Positions 9,228 through 19,014 of a stretch of DNA of 64,000 nt are shown piece after piece (position 1 is the first letter of the stretch; each line of letters starts with the position of its first letter). The translations under genes and the position numbers were made by a program. Source of the DNA: an uncultured Chloroflexia bacterium. GTDB taxonomy: Bacteria > Chloroflexota > Limnocylindria > Limnocylindrales > CSP1-4. Where the stretch lies: positions 2,816,001 to 2,880,000 of the forward strand of contig OY970218.1 of assembly GCA_963713975.1 (NCBI GenBank), written 5' to 3'. The notes beneath the pieces were generated by a model. The model saw only the letters and a list, made by a program, of their open reading frames with translations. It had not been told where the DNA came from and searched no databases.

Positions 9228-9626
9228 TCAGGCGCCGATCGGGATCACCTTGGTGACGTCGATCAGGATCCAGAGGACGAACAGGATGCCGAGCAGCAAG
9301 CTGGCGATCTTGACGATCTCCTTCACGTCGCGCGCGACGTAGGCGTATTCGACCGCCTCGCTCGCCGCGAGGGAGCCGGTCCGTCCGCTGGTGACCTCGC
9401 GTGAGCTGCGGTCACGGCTGCGAGTGCGAGCCTGCTCGGCGGCCTTCTCCTGGGCGAGGAGGTCGGCCTCGAGCTGCGCGGCGCGCTCGAGCTCCGCGTC
9501 GGAGAGTCCGGCGGGCTTGGAGGTGACGGCTGCCGGGGCGGCGGGAGCGGGCGTGGGGGACGCGGTCCGTCGCTCGATTCGCCGGCGCTGGCCGGGACGG
9601 CTGCTTCCGCGGGCGCGCTTCGCCAT
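9228..9626 (-). CDS. Hypothetical protein with basic N-terminus, coiled coil and single C-terminal TM
   Basis: ATG 9626 with GGAGG upstream; EYAYVARDV followed by a hydrophobic helix. Confidence 0.7.
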   Translation of the reverse strand: MAKRARGSSRPGQRRRIERRTASPTPAPAAPAAVTSKPAGLSDAELERAAQLEADLLAQEKAAEQARTRSRDRSSREVTSGRTGSLAASEAVEYAYVARDVKEIVKIASLLLGILFVLWILIDVTKVIPIGA

Positions 9627-9826
9627 GGCTCGGTCGGGGCCTCCACTGGGCGGCGGTCGCGGGCGCGACGCCGTCGGCGGGAGAGGATACACCGGTCGGC
9701 GATCCAGGGGCCTTCACGCGCTCTGTCCCGACCACGCCTGCCTGGCTACCGGGCCACGCGGGGAGTGCGTGGGGGGAGGGGATCGGCTGCTATCCTCGAC
9801 CCGCCCCGCTCCACAGAGGACCCGCA

Positions 9827-10348
9827 TTGGACGACCTGAACCAGCTCGTGATTGACAACGCCGGCGCTATCGCGCTGGTCCTGGGCCTGGTCTGCCTCGT
9901 GCTCCTGGTGGCGGTGCTCCTGCTGGTCCGGCGGACCTCACGCCTCGATCAGCGGCTCGCCGGGATGACCAGGGGCGGCGACGGCAAGAGCCTGGAATCG
10001 ACCCTGGAAGCGCACCTGGACAAGGTGTACGCCGTCGCCCGGCAGGTGGACGAGCTGGGCGCTCGAACCACGGTCCTGGAGCGGACGCAAACCTTCGCCT
10101 TCCAGCGGCACGGCCTCGTCCGCTACAACCCGTTCGAGGACACCGGCGGCAACCAGAGCTTCGCGCTCGCGCTGCTGGACCAGCATGGCGACGGGTTCGT
10201 CATCAGCAGCCTGCACACGCGCACGGCGACCCGCGTCTACGGCAAGGCGATCAACGGCGGCAAGGCGGAGGCAGCTCTGTCGGACGAGGAGGCGGAGGCG
10301 TTGCGCCTGGCGCTGGCCTCGGGAGCGGGACCCGCGAAGGCCGACTGA
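9827..10348 (+). CDS. DUF4446 family protein
   Basis: N-terminal TM; VRYNPFEDTGGNQSFALALLD and LSDEE motifs. Confidence 0.85.
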   Translation: MDDLNQLVIDNAGAIALVLGLVCLVLLVAVLLLVRRTSRLDQRLAGMTRGGDGKSLESTLEAHLDKVYAVARQVDELGARTTVLERTQTFAFQRHGLVRYNPFEDTGGNQSFALALLDQHGDGFVISSLHTRTATRVYGKAINGGKAEAALSDEEAEALRLALASGAGPAKAD

Positions 10349-10471
10349 TTCCATGCGACCCGTGACACCGGAGCTGGCACGGGCTCGTACCAGGATCGGG
10401 TCGTGCCTGCATCGCGACGCGTCCCCACCCCCTTCCCAGTCACCGTTCACCACGCGTCGTCGGAGGGTGGC

Positions 10472-13400
10472 GTGAGGCAGCGTGGCGGGCGGTCGGAACC
10501 CCCGCCGCTCGTCCAGATCCCGGTGTGGGGATCAGCTGATGAGCCCGCCGACGACGGACCGGCCGCGGAGGGCACGGATCAGCTCCTCGACGGGCTGAAC
10601 CCGGAGCAGCGGCGCGCGGTCCGGCACGGGGACGGGCCTCTGCTGGTGGTCGCGGGCGCCGGCACCGGCAAGACGCAGGTCATCACCCGGCGCATCGCCT
10701 GGCTGATTGCGACGAGGCGCGCCCGCCCGTCGGAGATCCTTGCGCTCACGTTCACGGACCAGGCCGCCGACGAGATGCAGGTCCGCGTGGACCAGCTGGT
10801 CCCGTACGGCTACACAGACACCGCCATCTCCACGTTCCACGCCTTCGGGGACCGCCTGGTGCGGGAGTTCTCGCTGGAGCTGGGTCTGCCGACCGATGTC
10901 CGCGTCTTCTCGCGACCGGAGACGGTGGTGTTCCTGCGCGAGCACCTGTTCGAGCTCGGCCTGGACGAGTACCGGCCCCTGGGGGATCCGACCAAGTTCC
11001 TGGACGCCCTGGCGACCCTGTTCTCACGCGCGAAGGACGAGGACGTGGCGCCCGAATCCTTCCTCGCCCATGCCTCCCGCCTCGAGGCGGATGCCGCGGC
11101 CGGGGTTGCCGGGCCGGACGCGGATGCCGACGCGATCGCGGCCCTGGCCGAGGAGGCCCGGCGGCGTACCGAGCTTGCCCGGGCCTATGCTGTCTACCAG
11201 CGCCTGCTCGCGGAGAGCGGTGCCATCGATTTCGGCGACCAGGTGTCCCTGGCGCTGCGGCTGCTGCGCGACTCGCCATCGGCGCGGGAGCGCATCCAGG
11301 AGCGGTTCCGCTACCTCCTGGTGGACGAGTTCCAGGACACGAACCGGGCGCAGGCGGAGCTCGTCGCCCTGATCGCTCAGCGGCACCGCAACGTGACCGT
11401 GGTGGGGGACGACGACCAGTCGATCTACAAGTTCCGCGGCGCCGCAATCAGCAACATCCTCGAGTTCCGGGAGCGCTACCGCAACGCCAAGGTGGTCGTG
11501 CTGCGGCGGAACTACCGCTCCCGGGCCCCGATCCTCGACGCGGCGTATCGCCTCGTCCGCCACAACGACCCGGACCGCCTCGAGGTCCGGGCAGGCATCG
11601 TCAAGAAGCTCGTCGCCGAGCGCGGCAGCGGTGACGCCCCGGCCGTCCGCCACGAGGTCTTCGTCAGCGGTGCCGAGGAGGCCGACTGGATCGCCGCCGA
11701 CATCGCGGCGCGCATGCGTGACGGGGCCTCCCCGCGCGACGTCGCCGTCCTGGTGCGCGCCAATGCGGCTGCGGATCCTGTGCTCCGGTCGCTCAACCTC
11801 GAGGGCATCCCGTGGCGCTTCTCCGGCACGAGTGGCCTCTACGCACGGCCGGAAATCCGGCTGCTGCTGTCGTTCCTGCGCGCGATCGCGGACCCGAACG
11901 CCTCGGTGGACGTGTATGGCCTGGCGGCCTCGGAGCTGTACGGCCTCGGTGGGGAGGACCTGACCGGCATCGTCAACATGGCCCGCCGTCGCAACCGGAG
12001 CGTGTTCGAGATCCTCGAGGAGCTGGGCCGCCAGCCCGGGATCCTGCGGCTCTCGCCGGAGACGCGGGCGAGTGCCGCCCGGCTGGTGGAGGACCTCCAG
12101 ACGCACGTCGCGCTTGCCCACGAACGCCCGGCGGGCGAGGTGCTGTACGCATTCCTGCGCGGGTCGGGATGGCTCAAGCGCCTCGCGGAGACGGAGACGG
12201 TGGCCGCGGAGGGGACCCTGTCCAACATCGCTCGCTTCTTCGACATCGTCCGCGCGCAGTCGTCGCTGCTCGCCGACGATCGTGCGGTGTTCTTCGCCCG
12301 CCATCTGCAGACGCTGATCCAGGCGGGCGACGACCCGCCCACGGCCGACATCGACCCCGATGCCGATGCGGTGGCCGTGATGACCGTCCACAAGGCCAAG
12401 GGCCGCGAGTTCCCTGTGGTCTACCTGCCGGGCCTCGTGAGCGGCCGCTTCCCGGCGATCGGGCGGCGTGAGCCACTGCCGTTGCCGCTGGAGCTCGTCA
12501 ACGAGACCCTGCCCGAGGGCGACTACCAGCTCCAGGAGGAGCGCCGCCTGTTCTACGTCGGCATGACCCGGGCTCGCGACGAGCTGGTGCTGTCGCACGC
12601 CGCCGATTACGGCGGACAGCGCGCCAGGCGGGTGTCGCCGTTCGTGCTCGAGGCGCTGGACCTGCCGGTCGCGGCCGGTGCGAGCGGGAGCGGCGCGAAG
12701 ACCACATCGCCCTTGGAGCGGATCGAGTCGCAGCAGCGCCCGGAGGCGTCGCCGGTCGCCCCGCGAACCCGGGACGGGGAGCCCCTGACCCTCTCGTTCT
12801 ATGCGATCGACGACTACCTGACCTGCCCGCTCAAGTACAAGTACGCCCACCTCCTGCGGGTCCCGCTCGCCCCCCACCACTCGATCATCTACGGCTCGGC
12901 CCTCCATGCCGCCGTGTCCGAGTTCCACAAGCGGCACGCCCGCGGGATCGTGATGTCCGAGGACGACCTCGTCGCCGCATTCCTCGCCGCCTGGAGGTCC
13001 GAGGGCTTTCTGTCGCGTGACCACGAGGAGGCTCGTCTCGAGGCCGGCCGGACGTCCCTGCACCGGTTCCGGGAGGAGCAGCTGGCACCGGGAGCCGTCA
13101 TCCCGGCCTACGTGGAGCGCGAGTTCAGCTTCCTGCTGGACGGGGATCGCGTGCGCGGTCGCTACGACCGCGTGGACATCATCCCGCGCGACGGCGATGT
13201 CGTGGAGACGACGCGAGTGTTCGACGACGACGCGTCGGCGGACGTCGTGGCGCCCACGCTGTTCTCGTACCCGGAGCGGGTGGTCATCACGGACTACAAG
13301 TCGTCCGACGTGCGAGATCCGGCCAAGGCACGCCAGCGCGCTAGGGACTCGCTCCAGCTGTCGATCTATGCGATGGGCTACGAGGCAATGACCGGGCGCA

Positions 13401-13606
13401 TGCCGGACGCGGTCGCGCTCAACTTCCTCGAGACCGGGCTGGTTGGAACCGCTCCGGTGGATCGCAAGCGGCTCGACAAGGCGAGGGAGTCCATCCGCAC
13501 CGCGGCGGCGGGTATCCGGGCCCGCGTGTTCACGCCCAAGCCCGCCCACATGGCCTGCAGCTACTGCGCGTTCCGGGAGATCTGCCCGGCTAGCGTGGTC
13601 CGCTGA
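10472..13606 (+). CDS. UvrD/PcrA-family SF1 helicase fused to a C-terminal PD-(D/E)XK nuclease with 4-Cys (Fe-S) motif
   Basis: AGAGTGKT, LVDEFQD, GDDDQSIYKFRGA, NYRS, HKAKGREF and EERRLFYVGMTRA; nuclease GRYDRVD...DYKS, QLSIY, CP...CSYCAFREIC. Start set at GTG 10472 after GGAGG. Confidence 0.9.
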   Translation: MRQRGGRSEPPPLVQIPVWGSADEPADDGPAAEGTDQLLDGLNPEQRRAVRHGDGPLLVVAGAGTGKTQVITRRIAWLIATRRARPSEILALTFTDQAADEMQVRVDQLVPYGYTDTAISTFHAFGDRLVREFSLELGLPTDVRVFSRPETVVFLREHLFELGLDEYRPLGDPTKFLDALATLFSRAKDEDVAPESFLAHASRLEADAAAGVAGPDADADAIAALAEEARRRTELARAYAVYQRLLAESGAIDFGDQVSLALRLLRDSPSARERIQERFRYLLVDEFQDTNRAQAELVALIAQRHRNVTVVGDDDQSIYKFRGAAISNILEFRERYRNAKVVVLRRNYRSRAPILDAAYRLVRHNDPDRLEVRAGIVKKLVAERGSGDAPAVRHEVFVSGAEEADWIAADIAARMRDGASPRDVAVLVRANAAADPVLRSLNLEGIPWRFSGTSGLYARPEIRLLLSFLRAIADPNASVDVYGLAASELYGLGGEDLTGIVNMARRRNRSVFEILEELGRQPGILRLSPETRASAARLVEDLQTHVALAHERPAGEVLYAFLRGSGWLKRLAETETVAAEGTLSNIARFFDIVRAQSSLLADDRAVFFARHLQTLIQAGDDPPTADIDPDADAVAVMTVHKAKGREFPVVYLPGLVSGRFPAIGRREPLPLPLELVNETLPEGDYQLQEERRLFYVGMTRARDELVLSHAADYGGQRARRVSPFVLEALDLPVAAGASGSGAKTTSPLERIESQQRPEASPVAPRTRDGEPLTLSFYAIDDYLTCPLKYKYAHLLRVPLAPHHSIIYGSALHAAVSEFHKRHARGIVMSEDDLVAAFLAAWRSEGFLSRDHEEARLEAGRTSLHRFREEQLAPGAVIPAYVEREFSFLLDGDRVRGRYDRVDIIPRDGDVVETTRVFDDDASADVVAPTLFSYPERVVITDYKSSDVRDPAKARQRARDSLQLSIYAMGYEAMTGRMPDAVALNFLETGLVGTAPVDRKRLDKARESIRTAAAGIRARVFTPKPAHMACSYCAFREICPASVVR

Positions 13607-13609
13607 GCC

Positions 13610-14515
13610 GTGCCGCAGCTGGGAGCTGCCGCGCGCGCAGCGCTTGACGCCGTCCTTTCGGGGGCCTCGTCAGGGGCGGTCCTCGAGGCCGACAACCTCG
13701 ACGTCCTGGCAGGGATGCCGGACAGCGCCGTCGACCTCGTGTATGCAGACCCTCCCTTCGCCACGGGTGCCCGGCAGCGCCTGGTCTCGATCCGGACCGG
13801 AGTCGGCGACCGGACACGCCCGGGGTTCCGGGGTGACACGGTGGCCTGGGAAGCCGTCAGCGATCTCGCCTGGGATGACGATCTGCCGCTCGACCAGCAC
13901 CTGGTCCAGCTCGCGGCTCGGGTCAGGGAGGTCCACCGCGTGCTGGCGGCGCACGGATCGTTCTACCTGCACGTGGACTGGCGGACCGCCCACCACGCAC
14001 GCCTGCTCCTCGACGAGGTCTTCGGCCCTGAACGGTTCCTCAACGAGATCGTCTGGGCATATGACTACGGCGGCCGATCCCGGGACCGCTGGCCGCGCAA
14101 GCACGACACGATCCTGTGGTACGCGAAGGGCGACCGCTGGCTGTTCGACCGGGAGGCGATCGACCGTATCCCGTACCTGGCGCCGGGCCTCGTCGGGCCC
14201 GAGAAGGCGGCGCGCGGCAAGCTCCCGACGGACGTGTGGTGGATGACGATCGTGCCCCCCGCCTCCGCAGAGCGGACCGGCTACCCGACCCAGAAGCCGG
14301 TTCGCCTGCTGGAGCGGATCGTCGCGGCCTCGAGCCGGCCGGGCGACCTGGTGCTGGATCCGTACGCCGGCTCGGGGACGACGGGCGTCGCTGCCCACCG
14401 CCTGGGGCGCCGCTGGCTGCTGGTCGATCGCAACCCGCAGGCCGTCGAGATCGCGCGGATGCGGCTGGCGAGGACCGACGCCGGGCCGGACGACGGGAAG
14501 GGGAGCGAGAAGTGA
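13610..14515 (+). CDS. Site-specific DNA methyltransferase (N6-A/N4-C, beta class)
   Basis: DPPF catalytic motif near the N-terminus; YPTQKP; DPYAGSGTT SAM-binding motif near the C-terminus. Confidence 0.9.
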   Translation: MPQLGAAARAALDAVLSGASSGAVLEADNLDVLAGMPDSAVDLVYADPPFATGARQRLVSIRTGVGDRTRPGFRGDTVAWEAVSDLAWDDDLPLDQHLVQLAARVREVHRVLAAHGSFYLHVDWRTAHHARLLLDEVFGPERFLNEIVWAYDYGGRSRDRWPRKHDTILWYAKGDRWLFDREAIDRIPYLAPGLVGPEKAARGKLPTDVWWMTIVPPASAERTGYPTQKPVRLLERIVAASSRPGDLVLDPYAGSGTTGVAAHRLGRRWLLVDRNPQAVEIARMRLARTDAGPDDGKGSEK

Positions 14516-15321
14516 TCCGGGCCGTCACCCTGGACTTCGGGAACACGCTCGTGCCGGTCTCGGCAGCCGGACTGCGTGGCGTGGTCGAGCAGACCGCCGA
14601 GGGGATCGCATCCCGCCTGGGTCCCTTCGCCGTCGACGACGTCCGGCTCGCCTGGGCCGAGGAGCGGGACCGCCAGTTCCGCGAGGAGATCCCGCAATTC
14701 CGGGAGGTGGACCTGGCCCAGCGCATCGTCCGGATTCTCGCCCGGCTGCGGGGCATGGCGCCGCCGCCCCGGGACCGGCACTGGGACGACGATGCGGCGG
14801 CCGGCCTCACCTCTGCCGCCGAGGTTGCATGGGCGGTGGATGTCTACTCGCGGGCGTTCGTGACGTCGCTGGTCCCGGACCCGGCGGTCGGACCCCTGCT
14901 CCGGCGGCTCGCCGCCAGCTACCAGGTCGCCATCCTGTCCAACTGGCCGCTTGCCCTCACGATCGATCGCTACGTCGAGGCCGCGGGCTGGGCGCCGCAT
15001 CTCTCCGCGGTGATCGTGTCCCAGCGGGTCGGTGCCATCAAGCCACACCCTGCGATCTTCGCGGCGGCCCGCGATGCCCTGGGCGGCCCCAGACCGGGCG
15101 AGATCATCCATGTTGGTGATGACTGGGCCGCGGATGTCGTGGGTGCCAAGCGGGCCGGCTGGCTCGCGGCCTGGGTCCGGAGCAGGCCGGAGGATTCCCC
15201 ACTGCCGGCTTCCGATCGGGACAATGCCGTGGAGCCGGACCTCGAGATTCACGCGCTGGACGGCCTCGAGGGCGCGTTGCTCGCCCTGACACGGGCGCCC
15301 GGAACGGTCCCGCCTCGGTAG
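14512..15321 (+). CDS. HAD-superfamily hydrolase
   Basis: DFGNTL, LSN, KPHPAIF and HVGDDWAADVVGA motifs; GTG start overlaps the MTase stop. Confidence 0.88.
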   Translation: MIRAVTLDFGNTLVPVSAAGLRGVVEQTAEGIASRLGPFAVDDVRLAWAEERDRQFREEIPQFREVDLAQRIVRILARLRGMAPPPRDRHWDDDAAAGLTSAAEVAWAVDVYSRAFVTSLVPDPAVGPLLRRLAASYQVAILSNWPLALTIDRYVEAAGWAPHLSAVIVSQRVGAIKPHPAIFAAARDALGGPRPGEIIHVGDDWAADVVGAKRAGWLAAWVRSRPEDSPLPASDRDNAVEPDLEIHALDGLEGALLALTRAPGTVPPR

Positions 15322-15331
15322 ACTCGCCTCC

Positions 15332-15706
15332 ATGGAGGCACGCGACCGCATTGCCAACGTCGCCCTGCTCGTCGCGGCGGGCGTGGCGTGGATCCTCGTC
15401 GCGATCCTCGTCACGACGCGTGACCCGTATCAGGACGCGATGGCGGGCTATTCGGGTGCCCTCCTGCTGGGGCTGGCCATGTGGCTGACGGCCGTACCGC
15501 TGGCCTGGCTCGTGGTGTTCGCGAGGCACCGTCGCATCGCGTACAACGGCGACTGGGCGAGGGCGGCGCGACGCGGCGCCTGGATCGGACTGTTCGTGAC
15601 CGTCCTCGTCATCCTGCGGCTCGTCGATGCGTTCCAGCTCCCAATCGTCCTGTTCCTCGCCGCCATCTTCGTTGTCGCCGAGATCACCCTCTCGGCTGAG
15701 CGCTAG
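15332..15706 (+). CDS. Hypothetical 4-TM membrane protein
   Basis: Four hydrophobic segments with ARRG between them; leaderless-type -10 upstream. Confidence 0.7.
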   Translation: MEARDRIANVALLVAAGVAWILVAILVTTRDPYQDAMAGYSGALLLGLAMWLTAVPLAWLVVFARHRRIAYNGDWARAARRGAWIGLFVTVLVILRLVDAFQLPIVLFLAAIFVVAEITLSAER

Positions 15707-15714
15707 GAGCTCCC

Positions 15715-16926
15715 ATGACCCAATCGCCGATCGCCGCACGTCCTGCCGAGCCGTTCGCGGACGCCAAGGCCCGGGCCGCGGCCGCGGTGGAGGCCGCTCG
15801 GGACGAGATCCTCGCCCTGAGCCACCGGATCCACGCCAACCCGGAACCCGCATTCGAGGAGCACCAGGCCTCGGCATGGGTGGCCGAGGCCGTGGCCGCG
15901 CACGGGTTCGCGGTCGAGCGCCCGGCGGGGAGCCTGGCGACCGCGGTGCGGGGCCGGATCACGGGTGGCAAGGGCCCGGACGGGGCCCGTATCGGCATCC
16001 TGGCGGAGTACGACGCGCTCCCTGGCCTGGGTCACGGCTGCGGGCACAACACGATGGCCTCGTCCGGCGTGGGCGCCGCGATCGCCCTGGCCGCCCTGCG
16101 TGACGAGTGGGCGGGCGAGGTCGTGTTCCTGGGCACGCCCGCGGAGGAGCGGGGGAGCGGCAAGGAGATCATGCTCCGCGACGGCCTGTTCGAGGGCCTG
16201 GACGCCGCGCTGCTGTTCCACCCGAGCCACAGCAACCACGTCGAGATCGCCCCCCTCGCCTCCGAGGACGTCACGGTGATCTTCAAGGGGCTCCAGTCGC
16301 ACGCTGCCTCGGAGCCGTGGGCGGGGAAGAACGCCCTCGACGCGATGATCGCGCTGTTCGTCTCGGTGGGCCTCTGGCGCCAGCAACTGCCTCCGCACTG
16401 CCGGGTGCACGGGATCATTGCCGAGGGTGGCACCGCCGCGAACATCATCCCGGATCGCACCCGTGCGTGGTTCATGATCCGGAGCGCCGACCAGACCTTC
16501 TACGACGACGTCATGAAGCCGCGCTTCATCGAGCTGTGCAAGGCCGCCGCCCTGGCTTCGGGCGTGGAGGTCGAGGTCGAGTTCTCCGGGTACGCGAGCA
16601 CCATGAAGCACAACCGGACTCTGGCTGCCCGCTGGCTCGCCAATGCGGAGCCGTACGGGATCGTGGACGAGGGCAAGGACCTGGACGCGGGGTCCACGGA
16701 CATGGCCAACGTCTCGTGGGCCCTGCCCGCGATCCACCCTGAGCTGTCGATCACGGAGGTCCACACCGCCGGTCACACCCCGGAGTTCCGCGACGCCGCC
16801 GCCCGGCCGCTGGCAGACCGGACCGTCCTGCTCGCGGCCACCCTTGTCGCACAGACCGCGCTCGATCTGCTCCTCGATCCGACGCTGGTCGATGAGGCCT
16901 GGCGGGAGTTCCGCGGAGAGGGATAG
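15715..16926 (+). CDS. M20 family amidohydrolase (ACY1L2/AbgB-like)
   Basis: HANPEPAFEE, AEYDALPGLGHGCGHN, TPAEE and GSTDMANVS motifs. Confidence 0.9.
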   Translation: MTQSPIAARPAEPFADAKARAAAAVEAARDEILALSHRIHANPEPAFEEHQASAWVAEAVAAHGFAVERPAGSLATAVRGRITGGKGPDGARIGILAEYDALPGLGHGCGHNTMASSGVGAAIALAALRDEWAGEVVFLGTPAEERGSGKEIMLRDGLFEGLDAALLFHPSHSNHVEIAPLASEDVTVIFKGLQSHAASEPWAGKNALDAMIALFVSVGLWRQQLPPHCRVHGIIAEGGTAANIIPDRTRAWFMIRSADQTFYDDVMKPRFIELCKAAALASGVEVEVEFSGYASTMKHNRTLAARWLANAEPYGIVDEGKDLDAGSTDMANVSWALPAIHPELSITEVHTAGHTPEFRDAAARPLADRTVLLAATLVAQTALDLLLDPTLVDEAWREFRGEG

Positions 16927-17075
16927 CGGGGCGGTTCGTCCCGGCCGGACGCGCTACCATGCCGCCCTGCGCGCCCCGCCGGGCGGCGGACCCAAACCGG
17001 CGGCGCCCACGCTCACGGCGGAGCAACGACCAGGACCCGGCAGCGGGACCGGCGAGCCGCCACGGAGGTTCACCA

Positions 17076-18137
17076 GTGGCCGAGCGTCCCAACGACCCGG
17101 GCGGCCCCGACTTCGCGGCGCGCAACGGCTGGGATCAACCGTACGAGGCGTTCAGCGAGTTCGACCTGCCCACCTACGTCGGCCTGCCGACGTTCATGAA
17201 GCTTCCCTGGGTTCCCGACCCGGCCGACATCCGGGCCCGCAAGGCCGACGTGGCGATCATCGGCGCTCCCTTCGACGACGCCGTCAGCCATCGCCCCGGT
17301 GCCCGGTTCGGGCCACGCGCGATCCGCGAGGCGCAGTACACGACGGGTTCCATCCACTCGCTCCAATTGGGCGTCGAGCCGTTCGAGGTCCTCACGGTGG
17401 TGGACGCCGGCGACGCCAACATCATCCCGGCCTGGATCGAGCGCGCCCATACCTTCATCTACCGCAAGGTCCACGAGGTGGCGGCGACCGGCGCGATCCC
17501 GATCGTCCTCGGGGGTGACCACTCCATAACGTGGCCCTCGGCAACGGCCGTCGCGGAGGTCCGCAGGCCGGGCAGCATCGGCATCGTCCACTTCGACGCC
17601 CACGCGGACACCGCAGACGAGGACTGGGGCGTGCTGGCCGGGCACGGGACACCGATGCGCCGCCTGATCGAGTCGGGCGCGGTCAAGGGGCGCAACTTCG
17701 TGCAGGTCGGGCTGCGCGGCTACTGGCCCCCGGTCGAGACGTTTGAGTGGATGCGCGAGCACGAGCTCCGGTGGCACCTGATGCGCGAGGTCGAGGAACG
17801 TGGCGCAGAGGCCGTCATCGACGACGCGATCGCCGAGGCGCTCGACGGGCCCGATGCGATCTATATCTCCGTAGACATCGACGTCATCGATCCCGGGATG
17901 GCACCGGGTACCGGCACGCCCGAGCCCGGTGGCTTCCTGCCGCGTGAGCTGCTGCGGGCCGTCCGTCGGGTCGCGGGAGCCGTCGAGATCGCGGGCATGG
18001 ACATCGTGGAGGTGTCACCGCCGTACGACCATGCGGAGGTGACGGCGATGGCCGCCAACCGCGTGGCTCTGGAGGCCATCTCCGCGCTGGCGGCGAAGCG
18101 CCTGGCGGGACATCCGGTCCGCTTCGAGCGGCCGTGA
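17076..18137 (+). CDS. speB: Agmatinase / ureohydrolase
   Basis: GARFGP, GGDHS, DAHAD and SVDIDVIDPGMAPGTGTPEPGG motifs; GTG 17076 after GGAGG. Confidence 0.9.
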   Translation: MAERPNDPGGPDFAARNGWDQPYEAFSEFDLPTYVGLPTFMKLPWVPDPADIRARKADVAIIGAPFDDAVSHRPGARFGPRAIREAQYTTGSIHSLQLGVEPFEVLTVVDAGDANIIPAWIERAHTFIYRKVHEVAATGAIPIVLGGDHSITWPSATAVAEVRRPGSIGIVHFDAHADTADEDWGVLAGHGTPMRRLIESGAVKGRNFVQVGLRGYWPPVETFEWMREHELRWHLMREVEERGAEAVIDDAIAEALDGPDAIYISVDIDVIDPGMAPGTGTPEPGGFLPRELLRAVRRVAGAVEIAGMDIVEVSPPYDHAEVTAMAANRVALEAISALAAKRLAGHPVRFERP

Positions 18138-18922
18138 GCGGCGCCGGCGAGACGGTCTCGGCGGCACTTGCCCGCCTCTACGACCTGGACCTGTCCGAGG
18201 ACCCGGGGGACCTGGACCTCCTCCTGGCGCTGGCCGCCCGGTCCGGCGGGCCGGTGCTGGAGCTGGCCGTGGGGTCCGGTCGGCTGGCGGTGCCACTGGC
18301 GGCGGCCGGCCACGAGGTCACCGGCGTGGACCTGGACCAGTCGATGCTGGCCAGGGCCGCCGGGCGGGCCGATGCCGCCGGGCCCGAAGTCGCACGACGG
18401 CTGCGGCTGGTCCACGGCGACGCGCGCACCATCCGCCTGAACGACGCGGGTGCGTACGGGCTCGCCTGCATCCCGCTCAACTCGATCTTCCTGATGGGGA
18501 CCCGCGCGGACCAGGCCGCGGCCGTGGCCACCCTGGCGGCGCACCTCGCGCCCGGCGGCATCGCGCTCGTCGATGCCTGGCTGCCCGACGCGGAGGACCT
18601 GGCCCGGTACGACGGCCGCCTGGTGCTGGAGTGGGTGCGCGGTGACCCGGACAGCGGCAGGACGGTGACCAAGTCCTGCAGCGCGCTGTACGACGCGACG
18701 ACCGCGTCGGTCGCTCTCACGACGCTGTTCGAGGAAGGCGACCCCGGCCAGCCACCGGTCCGGTGGGTGCGGGTGGACCGCCTCCGGCTCGTGGGCCCGG
18801 ACGAGCTCGCGGCCTTCGCCGAGGCGGCCGGCCTGTCGGTCGAGACCCTGGCGGGCGACTACGAGCTGGGTGGCCTGGAGGCCGGTGCGGACCGGGTCGT
18901 GATGGTCGCGCGAAAGGCCTGA
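18134..18922 (+). CDS. Class I SAM-dependent methyltransferase
   Basis: VLELAVGSGRL, GVDLDQSML and GDAR motifs; GTGA overlap with agmatinase. Confidence 0.85.
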   Translation: MSGAGETVSAALARLYDLDLSEDPGDLDLLLALAARSGGPVLELAVGSGRLAVPLAAAGHEVTGVDLDQSMLARAAGRADAAGPEVARRLRLVHGDARTIRLNDAGAYGLACIPLNSIFLMGTRADQAAAVATLAAHLAPGGIALVDAWLPDAEDLARYDGRLVLEWVRGDPDSGRTVTKSCSALYDATTASVALTTLFEEGDPGQPPVRWVRVDRLRLVGPDELAAFAEAAGLSVETLAGDYELGGLEAGADRVVMVARKA

Positions 18923-19014
18923 CCCCGGGACCCGCCAGGACCCCCTCGTCTGCGCGGCATTGGGACCATCGGCACGTGGGTTCACCGGGGGTGCTGCGTG
19001 GTAGAGTCGGCCCG

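Noticed and set aside
12780-13606. Cas4-like Fe-S nuclease as evidence of CRISPR adaptation
   Set aside because: It is the fused C-terminal domain of a UvrD helicase; no cas1/cas2 or array present
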